Shown here piece by piece: positions 22,461 through 35,700 of a stretch of 64,000 nt of DNA. The position numbers and the translations under genes are program-made. Origin of the DNA: Macrostomum lignano (lineage: Eukaryota); assembly GCA_002269645.1 (NCBI GenBank), contig NIVC01002957.1, positions 1-64,000 on the forward strand, read 5' to 3'. Numbering within the stretch: the first letter of the stretch is position 1; every line of letters begins with the position of its first letter. The notes under the pieces are model-generated. The model had not been told where the DNA came from. It saw only the letters and a program-made list of their open reading frames with translations, and did not search any database.

Positions 22461-23323
22461 CGCCGCTGCGGGCAGAGCCTGTGCACGTGGCTGAATACCT
22501 GGCCGAGCTGTCCACCCGGCTGTCAGCCTTTCGGAGTTGCCAGGCGTATGCTAACGCGGTCTCGCTGTACTTCAGAGCTCTCGGCCGGCCGGACCCGTGC
22601 GAGTCGCCGATGGTTAAGCTGGTGCTTCGTGGTCTTCGCCGGTGTCTCAGTCGGCAGCAGCGCTCAAGGGAGCCATTCAGAGTCGCGGATCTCCTCAAGC
22701 TACACGCCCACCTGGACCAACGTCTGAAGAGTGACATCGCGTTCTGGGCAGCAGTTCTGGCAGCCTGGTGGGGTATGCTGCGAAAAGCGAATGTGACGAC
22801 GCAATCGGGGCAGCTCGATCTGTGGTGCGACCTGGCAGCATCGAGCATCGTCTTCTCAGAGTACGACTGTGAGCTCACTGTGCGGCATTCGAAGACCAAC
22901 CAGTTTGGCGATCGAGTTCAGCGAGTGTTTCTTCCGAAACTGCCTGATGGAAGCTTGGGTGTCCTGTGCCCGTTCCGTGCGCTCGAGCGGCAGCTATACG
23001 GACAAACCGAATCGGCCAGGCGCCGCGTCCGGTTCACCTGTTCTCCACGTGGTCGTCCGCGGGATGGTTGCCTCTGACGGCTAGCAGGTTTGATAGCCGG
23101 CTTCGTTCGCTCTGCACATCGGCGGGTTTGTCGCCACGCGAGTTCACTGGCCACGGGCTGCGGCGGGGCGGCGCTACGGCAGCCATGCAGCTCGGTGTTC
23201 CACTGTCGATGATCAAGAAGCTGGGCGACTGGAAGGGCAACTCAGTGTTTCGCTATTTATCTGTTCGGGACTCGGATGCCAGGGCGGCTGTGCATGGCTT
23301 GGCTCGTCGGGTTGGCGCGCTCT

Positions 23324-23325
<2 letters not shown>
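22320..23325 (+). pseudogene. Tyrosine recombinase, frameshift near 23020
   Basis: TKRSYRSQ, GMLRKAN (R), SKTNQ (K), GHGLRRGGAT (HxxR), LGDWKGNSVFRY (Y). Confidence 0.88.

Positions 23326-23365
<40 letters not shown>
23326..23365. repeat. (CT)n microsatellite
   Basis: About 20 CT units directly after the YR stop. Confidence 0.95.
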
Positions 23366-23367
<2 letters not shown>

Positions 23368-26300
23368 GTCGAACTTTCTGGTTTGGGTTGGGTCAGGCTC
23401 GAACCTGCGCCTCTCGTGCCAACTGCCTTGACTTCGTCTCACTGGTTTAATGGTCCGACCGGGCGTAGCTTGGTTGGGTGTTAAACCAGTGGGGCGTGGC
23501 TCTTGTGCGTTGGTGCGGGGGTGGTGGGCCGGGCCTTGGTCACGTGCCCGCGGCCTGGGTGGCGTTTATTTAATACGGTGCGGGCTGTCGCTGACCCGCC
23601 AAGCGCGTATTGATTTTTTTTCTCGCTTTTAAGTCTCCAAGGTTTTTATTTGGCTTTTAAGTCCGGTAAATTAAAGTTAATAAATGCGCTCGAATACTCG
23701 TACAATAGGGTCAGGCTCGAACCTGCGCCTCTCGTGCCAACTGCCTTGACTTCGTCTCACTGGTTTAATCCAGGACCAATAGTCGAGTTTCATTTACTTG
23801 TACCATATAAGAAAGCATCAATTAGCGAGTAGAGACCCAAACATCTGATCTATACTAATATTTGCAATCAATGATCGTGTAAGTTGAGAAAAAAATTAAC
23901 TGCTGTGTTTTAATGTCCACGTGGACTTCATCACACCTATCGATAAAGTAATTTAAACTGATATTTACTATTGTTAAAATGAATATTCACACTAAAAGAA
24001 CAACACTAGTAAAAAGCAATTTACTGAAGCAGCATTGACAAATATTTCTCACTTAACGATTTGTTATAAATTACCGTCTCAAAATGTAGAAAACAGGTTT
24101 AGACTGACTATCTACCCATTTAAAATTTTAAACTAGATTTTTATAACCCTTAAAACATTGTGTACAGATACTTTCCGGTTTTTTAAAATGAAATCTTGTC
24201 ATTTGTTTTGTTTTACTGAGGACGTTAAAATGGCGCTTAAACTCATTTTAAGTCATTTTAACTTATTTTAAGCCACTCGAACGCCCCAAAGTTTGTTCCT
24301 ATCTCCTTAGTGTATTATTATGCAACTCAACAAAACGGCTGAAAATACATGCAGAGCTACGAAACTTTATTTTTCTCTTGACGCATGCGAGATGCATTGG
24401 CAAGTCAAAAATCAGCACCCTAGTTTAAAGTCTACGATTTATTCACCTGCAAACTGTTCCTATCTCCATAGTGTATTTTGGGGGTCCAGCTTGAGTCTTG
24501 ACATTCTTCTTTCTTTCCTTCATGACTGCGTGCACAAACTCACCTAACTTCCATCTTTGGTGAGGTCTAAAAATTGCCACTAAATATCTTTACGTTATTA
24601 CTTTAGACGCTTGTAATGTGTGAAGCACACTCATTTTCGTCATTTTATAATATTAATAGTTATGTTTGATCCAAAAAACGTATCATGAAACTTACTACGA
24701 TTTTAAAAACAGGTTCAAGTTAATAAAAAAATTGATGCTTTTGTCGCAGTGACTTTTTTCTTTGGTTGTTTGTTAGAGGCATACTAAAACTTAAAAGTAG
24801 CCTTTTGCTTGTAAATCTGCTGGAATTCTTCATAGCATGCATCTTCATTCTTTTCTCTGGCCATTGAAGGGGGTGAGTTTGTTATATCATATGATTAGCA
24901 ATGGCAGCAAATTTATGATGGCAACTGCCACTAAAATTGCCTGTCACTCGGGAATTTTGAAATTTTTCGGAAAATTGGGTTCAGGTAGGCCTAGCAACTA
25001 CAGCTAGCCAATATTCTAGAAAATAAAATATTAAAAAATTAATTATGAGCATATTTTTTCCAATTGAAACCAATTGAAAAGTTTGATACTTAGCAAAGCT
25101 GCGAGTTGTGCCACCTAAAGTAGAACACTAAGTACCTTAGGCTACAAATTGTATTTGTTGACGCTTGAAAAATTACTGCAACAATTAACAGCATCGCGAC
25201 AACGACAATATTTCTCGGTAAGTGCTGCCGCATAATTTGCCAGCTAAGATAAAAGTTATTTCTTTATGTACCCTATTTTGAAAACTAATAATCTATTAAG
25301 CACATTGGTATATCTATTTTCCTGCTGAGCCTGCCTGCGCGAAATATTTTGGTCCTTCTGATCCTACCTTTGCCATAACCATCATAGTCCCTGTGAGAGT
25401 ACTTTAAATTAGCTACTGGCACGAGGGAGGAGACAGTTATAAAACACTAGCTCTAGGTGGGTTCCTGGGCCGGTGGGCCCATTCGGTCTGAAGGCCTATT
25501 TTGACAGTTCTCTGTTTGGTAAGCAAGTTTGAATGACATAGTGTAGCATTTGCTGGCGCGCATTCCTGCTCAGCTATATTACCCAATTCAATTCTGCTTA
25601 CTGTTGCTGGTCACCTGCTATCCCTCCTAGCATTAGGACCTTAGCCACTTGCTACATACTTTGCTAGCCAGGGCTAGCACACATGCAGTATGCTTGTAGA
25701 AATAGCTAAGTGGCGGCCTAAATGCTTATATAGATAGAGATCAGTATTTAGAGGATATACATGTATATATAGAAGTAGAGCTAGAATAGTAATAAAGGCC
25801 AAATTAACTATATGCTAAAAAGTCGGCGCTTATTCTTTGGACCCCCTGTTGAATGTTTCTGTATCCGCAGTCTGCTGTTCATCCGCTTTTTAACCAGTAA
25901 ATCCATTCCGAATTGCATCCATTTCTGCCATCCACATTTTTTACCTTCTATTTCCATATTCTATGTTTTATCCACTGCATTTGGTCCGTATCCGTGTCCA
26001 TTTCTAGATTTTAACTTCTATTTCCATATTCCACGTTTTATCCACTGCATCCGGTCCGTATCCATGTCTGTTTCCGCGTTTTATTCGGTGTGTGCCTTAT
26101 TGTACCAAAGCAGCTTGGATTGGCACAAGCATAGCTTCTGAATGTAATAACTGCAAGAGTGGATATAGTGTCAGTTGCACCCCCTTAGCCTATTGCTTTA
26201 ATTTCCTATACCAGTCCACTTCATTGTTTGTTTATATAGCCTGACTAAACAGGCTGATCTCCTGCACTCCATGCACTTGTTTGGATAGCCACGTTGTGTT

Positions 26301-29300
26301 GACATACTTAGCCATGTCTAGCAGCAACAGTGAATAAACTAGCAATGACTTGGAAAAGTCCATTACTCATATGCTCTGCTGGCAAGTAAGGCAAGGCTAT
26401 CTATCAGTATCTGAATGAAGTTGCAAGTGCCGGGGTCCACTAGATACCTTTGCTGCAGGCCTTGCTGCTATACTTGGCAGAAAATAGCTTGAGCATAGTG
26501 AAAGAGACCACCTTGGCACCTTGCTAAGTTGCTACCAGGATCATAGTGCATAAAGCCTGTCAAGCTATGGCCTCAAAGTTCAGGACCATTCCTGAACTCA
26601 AAGTTCAAGGCCATTGCTTGCAAGCTCCAGCATTTTAGATTTGTTGATGGCCACTACTAATTGGAAGCACTGGCACTTTGCTTCATCCTTGATTTTGACA
26701 ATGTTTAACAACAAGGTCATTTTGTCAATTGTAAATGCTGCTACCCCTGCCAAATTGTCACTATCAATCATTTAACAAAATGCCAATTAACAAAGTGACT
26801 AGCACCCATCACATATTACCTTCAAAGTCAAGGATTGCCACTTCAGGGTTCAGGCACAACATTGCTAAGATATAGATGAAGATGCCTTAGTAGGCCCTAT
26901 AATGGCATAGCCTTACTAAGATTTTCCTGTGATACAAATATGTGCATTGGCTACATTGACAATAAGCAGGAAATCTATAATTTTGAATAATAAACTAATA
27001 AAATTCAAATTCCAACTTATCTAATATTAGGGCAAATGCTAGAGGTAGGCCTACTTGCTTAATACAGTCATCTTTTTTGATGTAAAAGTGCAATAAATAT
27101 TGCTAAGTGAATGTCTCCTTAATAATGATAAACATTTTATCTAAGAACCATATAATGCATTGTGACTTGTATTAGCAAAGTTATCTAGGCTCTAATTAGG
27201 AACAACAAGTGCTGTCATCTGATAAGTTCAATGCAAATGTTTTCAAAAATGAATTTGTTAGGAATGTGAGCCAAATCTAGCTCAAACTATTAGGTTGCTA
27301 AGACAATCTTTTGAGCAACTATAGTTTGAATTTTTTAGCTAGCTATTTGATTAATAGCTTGTCAAGAACTCTTTGTAAGCCCTCATTAGACATTATATTA
27401 CACAAATATTTTTTACGGTATTGCTTGAGTAGGTCAAAAGCAATTCCTCTTTGCTTCAGTTATAACTTCTACTAGTTGCAACTTTTGCTTAGCAGCAATT
27501 GCAACATTAGGATTGTAAGTATATAGAGTGCCATTTTGGAATTGACCATTTATTGCTTGTTTTGCTATTCTTGGACAAATGGTACCCCTTTATATTTTAT
27601 GCATCTCCTGTATGTCATACCAGCTTGGCTATAATTACAACTTAGCAAATATTTAGCATTATATGAATTTGGTGAAAAGCATCTTTCTCTCTTTGACTAA
27701 CATTATAAAGGACTTTATAACATATTTCTTGCGATTTTTGATAAGAAGAGACTACATTAATATTTAAACAAGGGAGTTCTATGCAATTACTAATGGCATT
27801 TCAGAGGCTGGACATTAGCATATAGCTTAGGGCCTATCCAACAATGAATAATCATCTAACTCAGCTATAGTCTACTGAACTAGTGCTGGATTCGCATTGT
27901 CAAGTTGAACAATAAGCTAAGTGTTAAGCTACTCAACTATAGCTAGATTTACATTGCCAAGTTGTGATAAACCAAGCATTTTTATCACAACTACATTATA
28001 ATTACTTGTAATTTCATGCATTTATACTAATTGCGCAGGACCAATGAAAGTCAGTATCCTGGAATCTATAGTATTCATTTAGACTAACTGATTAACACCC
28101 TATTCTGTGCTACTAGTATTGACAACTATCACATTGAAAGCCATGTTGCTTTGGTCAAACTTCTTTATGACAAACAATGCATATTTGTTTTTGTGTTTTA
28201 TTAGGGCTTTATACATTGGTTTATATTTCATTGACTCTGTAGATTTTCCCCTATTTATATAATTAATTAACTATAAAAGTGTTGCAGGAGTACTTAAAAT
28301 TCAGTGTAAGCTATGTAATATATATATCTTACATTTATACAATATATATGTATATTATCTTAAGATCATAGAACTAAATGTACACTGTATATTATATAGG
28401 ATACACAATGTACACATATGATTGAAAATTTATTCAGTTGCCTTGGCCTAAAAGTTCATTAAATTTGATTATAAATCATTTTGTTGGCAAATAAGAATAT
28501 TGCTACTATGAGCTAAGCTCTGCATAGCCAATGCAACACAATATAACAATTTAGTGAATGTAGCATTGTCTAATACCAAGATGATGATAATTTAAATAAT
28601 TTAGTTCTTTTTCCTATAAGCCACATATGAAAATCTCAAATATGAAAACTTTGGCCAGAACCATCTTATTAGTGCAAAAAAACAATTTTAATAATATTCA
28701 AGTTAGGGCATTTCTAAAAAGTTTTTTCTTGAATATTACCAATTAGATTCCTAAAAAAGCAAAAAATCTAACAAGTTTTTTAGAAGTTTTTAGATCTATC
28801 TCCTTTTTGTCTCAATCTTTAGTGAAATTGTAACTTATAAATTTGTTAATGCAGTTATAAACAGTTTTTAAGATAGCCATTAGAGTAGAAAATTATTCGT
28901 TTTTTGGTTTCTTTATGAAAATTTTCCCATAAGCTATAGACAATAAAAGTTCTTTGCAACAAAGATTGGGCAAAGAGCATCGAAAGAAAGGAGGCCAGTG
29001 AAAATAGCTAGTTTGAACCTAGCATCCCAAAAATATTTTGTTTTCTTACACATAATTGTCCTATTATCTTGGTCTACTAGTTAAACATTATTTTTTTCAA
29101 CTTGGTAGCTTATAGGTTTAAATGTAGAAACTTAATATTTATCTAGCAGTAAGTGCTATTATCTCTAGATACTTGTAGTTAGCTTTTTTAGTATATAGTA
29201 TTAGTATATTTAGATATATCCTATTTTCTACTCTTATCAAATGATCTTATTACCTGGTCTTCCTAAGGTTCTTCTTTTTCATGTCTGCTATTTTCTTTAA

Positions 29301-29762
29301 TATATTTAAAGAGTTTGCATTTGCACTATTGCTCCTGCATAGCTTTTAAGTGCCTTTCTGCATTACAGCTCCTTATCCTTATGACTCTCAAATGTGACTT
29401 TAATTTAAGGGATCAAACTCAAGTAGTTGATTAGGCTTTAATATCTTGCTACTTAGGCTAGTTTTTTCTTTATAGTTATATGATGATATTAGCGATCTAC
29501 TACTATTAGTAATCTCCAATGGTTACCCATTGTTTACTGCAATGAAAGCAGTCTATAGGTAATGAATGTGCTATAAGGCAAAGCACAGATTTGACTTAAC
29601 TGCAATAGATTGAGCAACAACTTGTCTATGGTGTAGCCAGCCAACCAAAAACCTTCCAATTTTGCAATAAGATTAAATAGCCAGTTAGTGCACTCCACCA
29701 CAAATGCACAGACCAAGAAGCTGCACAATCGACTGAAACCAAACCATTTATTTCAGCCAGCA

Positions 29763-32700
29763 ATGTCCCAGTCAGCGCTGCTGTGCTGTCTAGCTGCTGT
29801 CCTGGCCGCGACAGCCACTGACGTCAGCGCCATCATTCAGCATCAGGCGCCGAATTATTTTAGCCAGAAGGTGTCAACGCCTCATCCAGAGATAACCCGC
29901 GTCCACCTGATGTTTATGAATCACCTGGACGTTGGCTTCAGCCTGCCATCGGAAATTGGCTATTCGGCCAATGTGATCAACACATATTTAAACGTTTATT
30001 TTGAACGGGCCGCCAATGTCAGCCGGGATTTGCGCAAATTCGGCTATCTGGAGACTTTCTCCTACCTGGCGCATCCCTGGATGCTGGAGATGTTCTTTGA
30101 CTGTCCGCAGAATGTGTCGCTGCAGGGCATCAAAATCCAGTGCCCGTCGCAGGCCACTGTTGACTACGTGGCCCAGGCTGTCAAGGAGGGCGCCATCCAG
30201 TGGCACGCCGGCTCTATGAATGTTCAATACGAGACCTGCCTGACCCCCAACTTGCTGCAGGTGAGGGCAGAGTAGCGCTGTTTGAGTGTGCATACTCTGC
30301 AGCTGTGGCGTTGGGGGGGGGGGACAGTGTACACACACCCTGGCGCACTTTAAGCAAGAGGCATTACTGCCCATTTTGCCGAATCCCCTGAGCAGGCACA
30401 CACTCGCACAGGAGTGTACAGCGGCCCTGACTTTATTTGTTAGGCATGTACACTTCACTGCGATTCCAATTTAGCCCCGGATTATTAATGTGACTGCACT
30501 TGGAATCGAGCCTGGGCCGCTGGCATATCAGAGCGCCGCGCTGGAACACTTGGCTACCACTGGCTAGACCACTGCCCCCCTGTCCCCGGTCCCTCAGATC
30601 AGCCTGGACTCCGCCAAGCGGTTGGACGCCAAGTTCGGCATCAAGCGGAAGCTGAGCGCCGTCTCCCTACGCGACGTGCCCGGCCTGACCCGGGCGGCCA
30701 TCGACCTGATGGCTAAAAACGGCATAGTGGCGGTGACCAACGGCATCAACTGGGCCTGCCCGTCCGTTGATCTCGGCAGTCCCGACTTAAAATTCGTTCG
30801 CTGGCGTTCGCCTGACACCGGCAACGAGATCTTTTATAACAAAATCCCAGGCGGCTATCCCGGCAATCCGGGCCCGGACCCCAACCACCCGGGCGGCCTG
30901 GACTTCAGCAACTGCCTGCAGGCGCCCGGCACTACTGAGATTCAGTGCTGGGCCTTCCGCAGCGACAACAGCGGCCCGCCTGTTGACTATAAAGAGGTAA
31001 TGCGTTCTTAATCTGATTTTTTAAACTCAAAATAGTAAGCACTAGCGCATCAAGCCCTCATGGGGGCATTCAAATTGAAAATTCAAATATTGAAAGCATT
31101 AAAAACATTGTTTTTCGATATTTGACCCACTTCTAATTGTGGTATAAGTGTTATATTTGCCACTGAATATAAATCTGAATATGAAGTGCTGGATGATACT
31201 GTAGGAAGTGCTGTAGGATGCTGTAGCAAGTGCTGTATGGTACTGTAGCAAGTGCTGTAGGATACTGTAGCAAGTGCTGTATGGTACTGTAGCAAGTGCT
31301 GTAGGATACTGTAGCAAGTGCTGTGGGATACTGTAGCAAGTGCTGTAGGATACTGTAGCAAGTGCTGTATGGTACTGTAGCAAGTGCTGTAGGATACTGT
31401 AGCAAGTGCTGTATGGTACTGTAGCAAGTGCTGTAGGATACTGTAGCAAGTGCTGTAGGATGCTGTAGCAAGTGCTGTAGGATACTGTAGCAAGTGCTGT
31501 GGGATACTGTAGCAAGTGCTGTAGGATACTGTAGCAAGTGCTGTAGGATACTGTAGCAAGTGCTGTAGGATACTGTAGCAAGTGCTGTAGGATACTGTAG
31601 CAAGTGCTGTAGGATGCTGTAGCAAGTGCTGTAGGATACTGTAGCAAGTGCTGTGGGATACTGTAGCAAGTGCTGTAGGATACTGTAGCAAGTGCTGTAG
31701 GATACTGTAGCAAGTGCTGTAGGATACTGTAGCAAGTGCTGTATGGTACTGTAGCAAGTGCTGTAGGATACTGTAGCAAGTGCTGTGGGATACTGTAGCA
31801 AGTGCTGTAGGATACTGTAGCAAGTGCTGTATGGTACTGTAGGAATTGCTGTAGGATACTGTAGCAAGTGCTGTGGGATACTGTAGCAAGTGCTGTAGGA
31901 TACTGTAGCAAGTGCTGTATGGTACTGTAGGAATTGCTGTAGGATACTGTAGCAAGTGCTGTATGGTACTGTAGCAAGTGCTGTATGGTACTGTAGGAAT
32001 TGCTGTAGGATACTGTAGCAAGTGCTGTATGGTACTGTAGGAATTGCTGTAGGATACTGTAGCAAGTGCTGTATGGTACTGTAGCAAGTGCTGTATGGTA
32101 CTGTAGGAATTGCTGTAGGATGCTGTAGCAAGTGCTGTATGGTACTGTAGCAAGTGCTGTAGGATACTGTAGCAAGTGCTGTAGGATACTGTAGCAAGTG
32201 CTGTATGGTACTGTAGGAATTGCTGTATGGTACTGTAGCAAGTGCTGTAGGATACTGTAGCAAGTGCTGTAGGATACTGTAGCAAGTGCTGTAGGATACT
32301 GTAGGAATTGCTGTAGGATACTTTAGCAGGTGCTGTATGGTACTGTAGCAAGTGCTGTAGGTTACTGTAGCAAGTGCTGTATGGTACCGTAGGAATTGCT
32401 GTAGGATACTGTAGCAAGTGCTGTAGGATACTGTAGCAAGTGCTGTAGGATACTGTAGCAAGTGCTGTAGGATACTGTAGCAAGTGCTGTAGGATACTGT
32501 AGCAAGTGCTGTAGGATACTGTAGCAAGTGCTGTAGGATACTGTAGCAAGTGCTGTAGGATACTGTAGCAAGTGCTGTAGGATACTGTAGCAAGTGCTGT
32601 ATGGTACTGTAGCAAGTGCTGTATGGTACTGTAGCAAGTGCTGTAGGATACTGTAGCAAGTGCTGTATGGTACTGTAGCAAGTGCTGTATGGTACTGTAG

Positions 32701-35700
32701 CAAGTGCTGTAGGATACTGTAGCAAGTGCTGTATGGTACTGTAGGAATTGCTGTAGGATACTGTAGCAAGTGCTGTATGGTACTGTAGGAATTGCTGTAG
32801 GATACTTTAGCAGGTGCTGTATGGTACTGTAGCAAGTGCTGTAGGATACTGTAGCAAGTGCTGTAGGATACTGTAGCAAGTGCTGTATGGTACTGTAGGA
32901 ATTGCTGTAGGATACTGTAGCAAGTGCTGTATGGTACTGTAGGAATTGCTGTAGGATACTGTAGCAAGTGCTGTAGGATACTGTAGCAAGTGCTGTAGGA
33001 TGCTGTAGCAAGTGCTGTATGGTACTGTAGGAAGTGCTGTAGGATACTGTAGCAAGTGCTGTAGGATACTGTAGCAAGTGCTGTATGGTACTGTAGGAAT
33101 TGCTGTATGGTACTGTAGCAGGTGCTGTATGGTACTGTATGAATTGCTGTAGGATACTGTAGCAAGTGCTGTATGGTACTGTAGGAATTGCTGTAGGATA
33201 CTGTAGCAAGTGCTGTAGGATACTGTAGCAAGTGCTGTAGGATGCTGTAGCAAGTGCTGTAGGATACTGTAGCAAGTGCTGTATGGTATTGTAGCAAGTG
33301 CTGTGGGATACTGTAGCAAGTGCTGTAGGATACTGTAGCAAGTGCTGTAGGATGCTGTAGCAAGTGCTGTAGGATACTGTAGCAAGTGCTGTAGGATGCT
33401 GTAGCAAGTGCTGTAGGATACTGTAGCAAGTGCTGTAGGATGCTGTAGCAAGTGCTGTATGGTACTGTAGGAAGTGCTGTAGGATACTGTAGCAAGTGCT
33501 GTAGGATACTGTAGCAAGTGCTGTATGGTACTGTAGGAATTGCTGTAGGATACTGTAGCAAGTGCTGTATGGTACTGTAGGAATTGCTGTAGGATACTGT
33601 AGCAAGTGCTGTATGGTACTGTAGGAATTGCTGTAGGATACTGTAGCAAGTGCTGTAGGATACTGTAGCAAGTGCTGTAGGATGCTGTAGCAAGTGCTGT
33701 ATGGTACTGTAGGAAGTGCTGTAGGATACTGTAGCAAGTGCTGTAGGATACTGTAGCAAGTGCTGTATGGTACTGTAGGAATTGCTGTATGGTACTGTAG
33801 CAGGTGCTGTATGGTACTGTATGAATTGCTGTAGGATACTGTAGCAAGTGCTGTATGGTACTGTAGGAATTGCTGTAGGATACTGTAGCAAGTGCTGTAG
33901 GATACTGTAGCAAGTGCTGTAGGATGCTGTAGCAAGTGCTGTAGGATACTGTAGCAAGTGCTGTATGGTATTGTAGCAAGTGCTGTGGGATACTGTAGCA
34001 AGTGCTGTAGGATACTGTAGCAAGTGCTGTAGGATGCTGTAGCAAGTGCTGTAGGATACTGTAGCAAGTGCTGTAGGATGCTGTAGCAAGTGCTGTAGGA
34101 TACTGTAGCAAGTGCTGTATGGTACTGTAGGAGGCTTAGTAGGGTAATCTACATGTAGGTAGTAGTGTAGGATATTTTAAAATCAATAAACTAATATGTT
34201 GATATTTGGAGTAAGTGACCAATGCTAATTAAGAAGCATCTCTATACCTGAACTGGTTCAACGCCGCAACACGCACAACAGGTGCTGTCCAACTACGAGG
34301 TGCTGCGCGGCCAGTACCCCAACGCTGCCATCTCGGCTTCCACTATGGAGAAATTCTGGTCCCTAGTGCTGGCTAACAGAGACTCGGTGCCCGTGTTCAC
34401 TAAAGAGAATGGCGACACCTGGCTGCAGGGCGATCAGGCGGATTTCCATCGCATGGCCAGGTACCGCGCCATCGCCCGCGCCCTGGACACCTGCGTCTCG
34501 GCCGGCGCCTGCCAGCTGGAGTCGCCGGACATGATCATGTTCAGCCGCTGGATTGCTAAAGCTGCCGAGCACACCTACGGCCTTAACGGTGTGTGGGACT
34601 ATGTGCACTACAGCAATTTGGACTTCTACAGTGTTATGCAGAATGACAATTTCCGACACGGAGTGTCATCTTGGCTTGAGCAGCGGCAGTTCCTGCAGTT
34701 GGCTGTGAGTGCTGCTGTCATATCAATACCAGTGACGTATCCTGGATTTTGGAATGGGAGCTAGGGAGGGTCGCTTTCCCAAGTGCGAAGCTTCACAAGC
34801 TCGAAACTTCATGAGCTCGAAACTTCATGAGCTCGGATCTTCACAAGTTCGAAACTTCATGAGCTCGGATCTTCACAAGTTCGAAACTTCATGAGCTCGA
34901 AACTTCACAAGTTCGAAACTTCATGAGCTTGAGAAACTTCATAAGCTCGAAACTTCATGAGCTCGGATCTTCACAAGTTCGAAACTTCATGAGCTCGAAA
35001 CTTTACAAGTTCGAAACTTCATGAGCTCGGATCTTCACAAGTTCGAAACTTCATAAGCTCGAAACTTCATGAGCTCGAAACTTCATGAGCTCGAATCTTC
35101 ACAAGTTCGAAACTTCATGAGCTCGAAACTTCACAATTTCGAAGCTTCACAAGCTCGAGAAAGTTCACAAGCTCAAATCTTCACATGGTCACATGCCATC
35201 AAAAGGCGTGAATCACTCAGGCCAAGTTTTTTTTCGCACACCTGCCTCTAATTAGCAGCTAAAATATACTTTCAATCCCCCTCCCCAACTATATCCGCAG
35301 GTGGACGCCGCCCCACCCAAGCTGGCCTCGTACATCGCGGCTGAGCTGGCCCCCCTAGCCGACGAATTCCCCGGCGTTGGCGCCAATTTCTCCAGGCTGA
35401 ACGACACCGCCTGGGGCCGGCCGCTGACTGCCGGCGGGCCCTACCGGGTGGTCTTCGACCGCCGCGCCGGCCTGGCCCGCTTCTCCATCGACTCCGGCGC
35501 CACCTGGCATCAGGGCGGCGGCGCCTTTGTCTACCGGACCTACAATGAGAGCGACACGGCTTTTTTCCTGCGCTATTACACCAATCCCAATGGGGATAAC
35601 ACGGGCTTTGGCAAGTACAATAGCACCCAGAATGCTCACCCGGTGTCGCAGTTCTGGTCAATTAGTGCTGTGGCCATCTACCAGCATAGCAGCCAGTCCA

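Larger units (their letters stand above)
20980..23769 (+). mobile_element. Tyrosine-recombinase retrotransposon (Ngaro/DIRS order), 5'-truncated
   Basis: RT-RNaseH followed by overlapping YR; 62-bp direct repeat at 23390-23451 and 23708-23769 fits split direct repeats (B1..A2..B2); no gag seen. Confidence 0.88.
19833..24287. mobile_element. Non-autonomous TIR DNA transposon, PIF/Harbinger-like ends, ~365-bp TIRs
   Basis: 19833-20197 is the reverse complement of 23924-24287; ends GGGTGCGTTCGA / TCGAACGCCCC; AAA on both flanks (possible 3-bp TSD). Superfamily assignment tentative. Confidence 0.7.

Noticed and set aside
26600-26700. Possible degenerate ParB-like motif (FVDGHY*LEAL)
   Set aside because: Too short, contains a stop, and has no supporting frame around it.
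31083-34111. Very long ORFs of 380-994 aa
   Set aside because: Translation of the 11/22-bp minisatellite within an intron; open in several frames only because the unit lacks stops on that strand.
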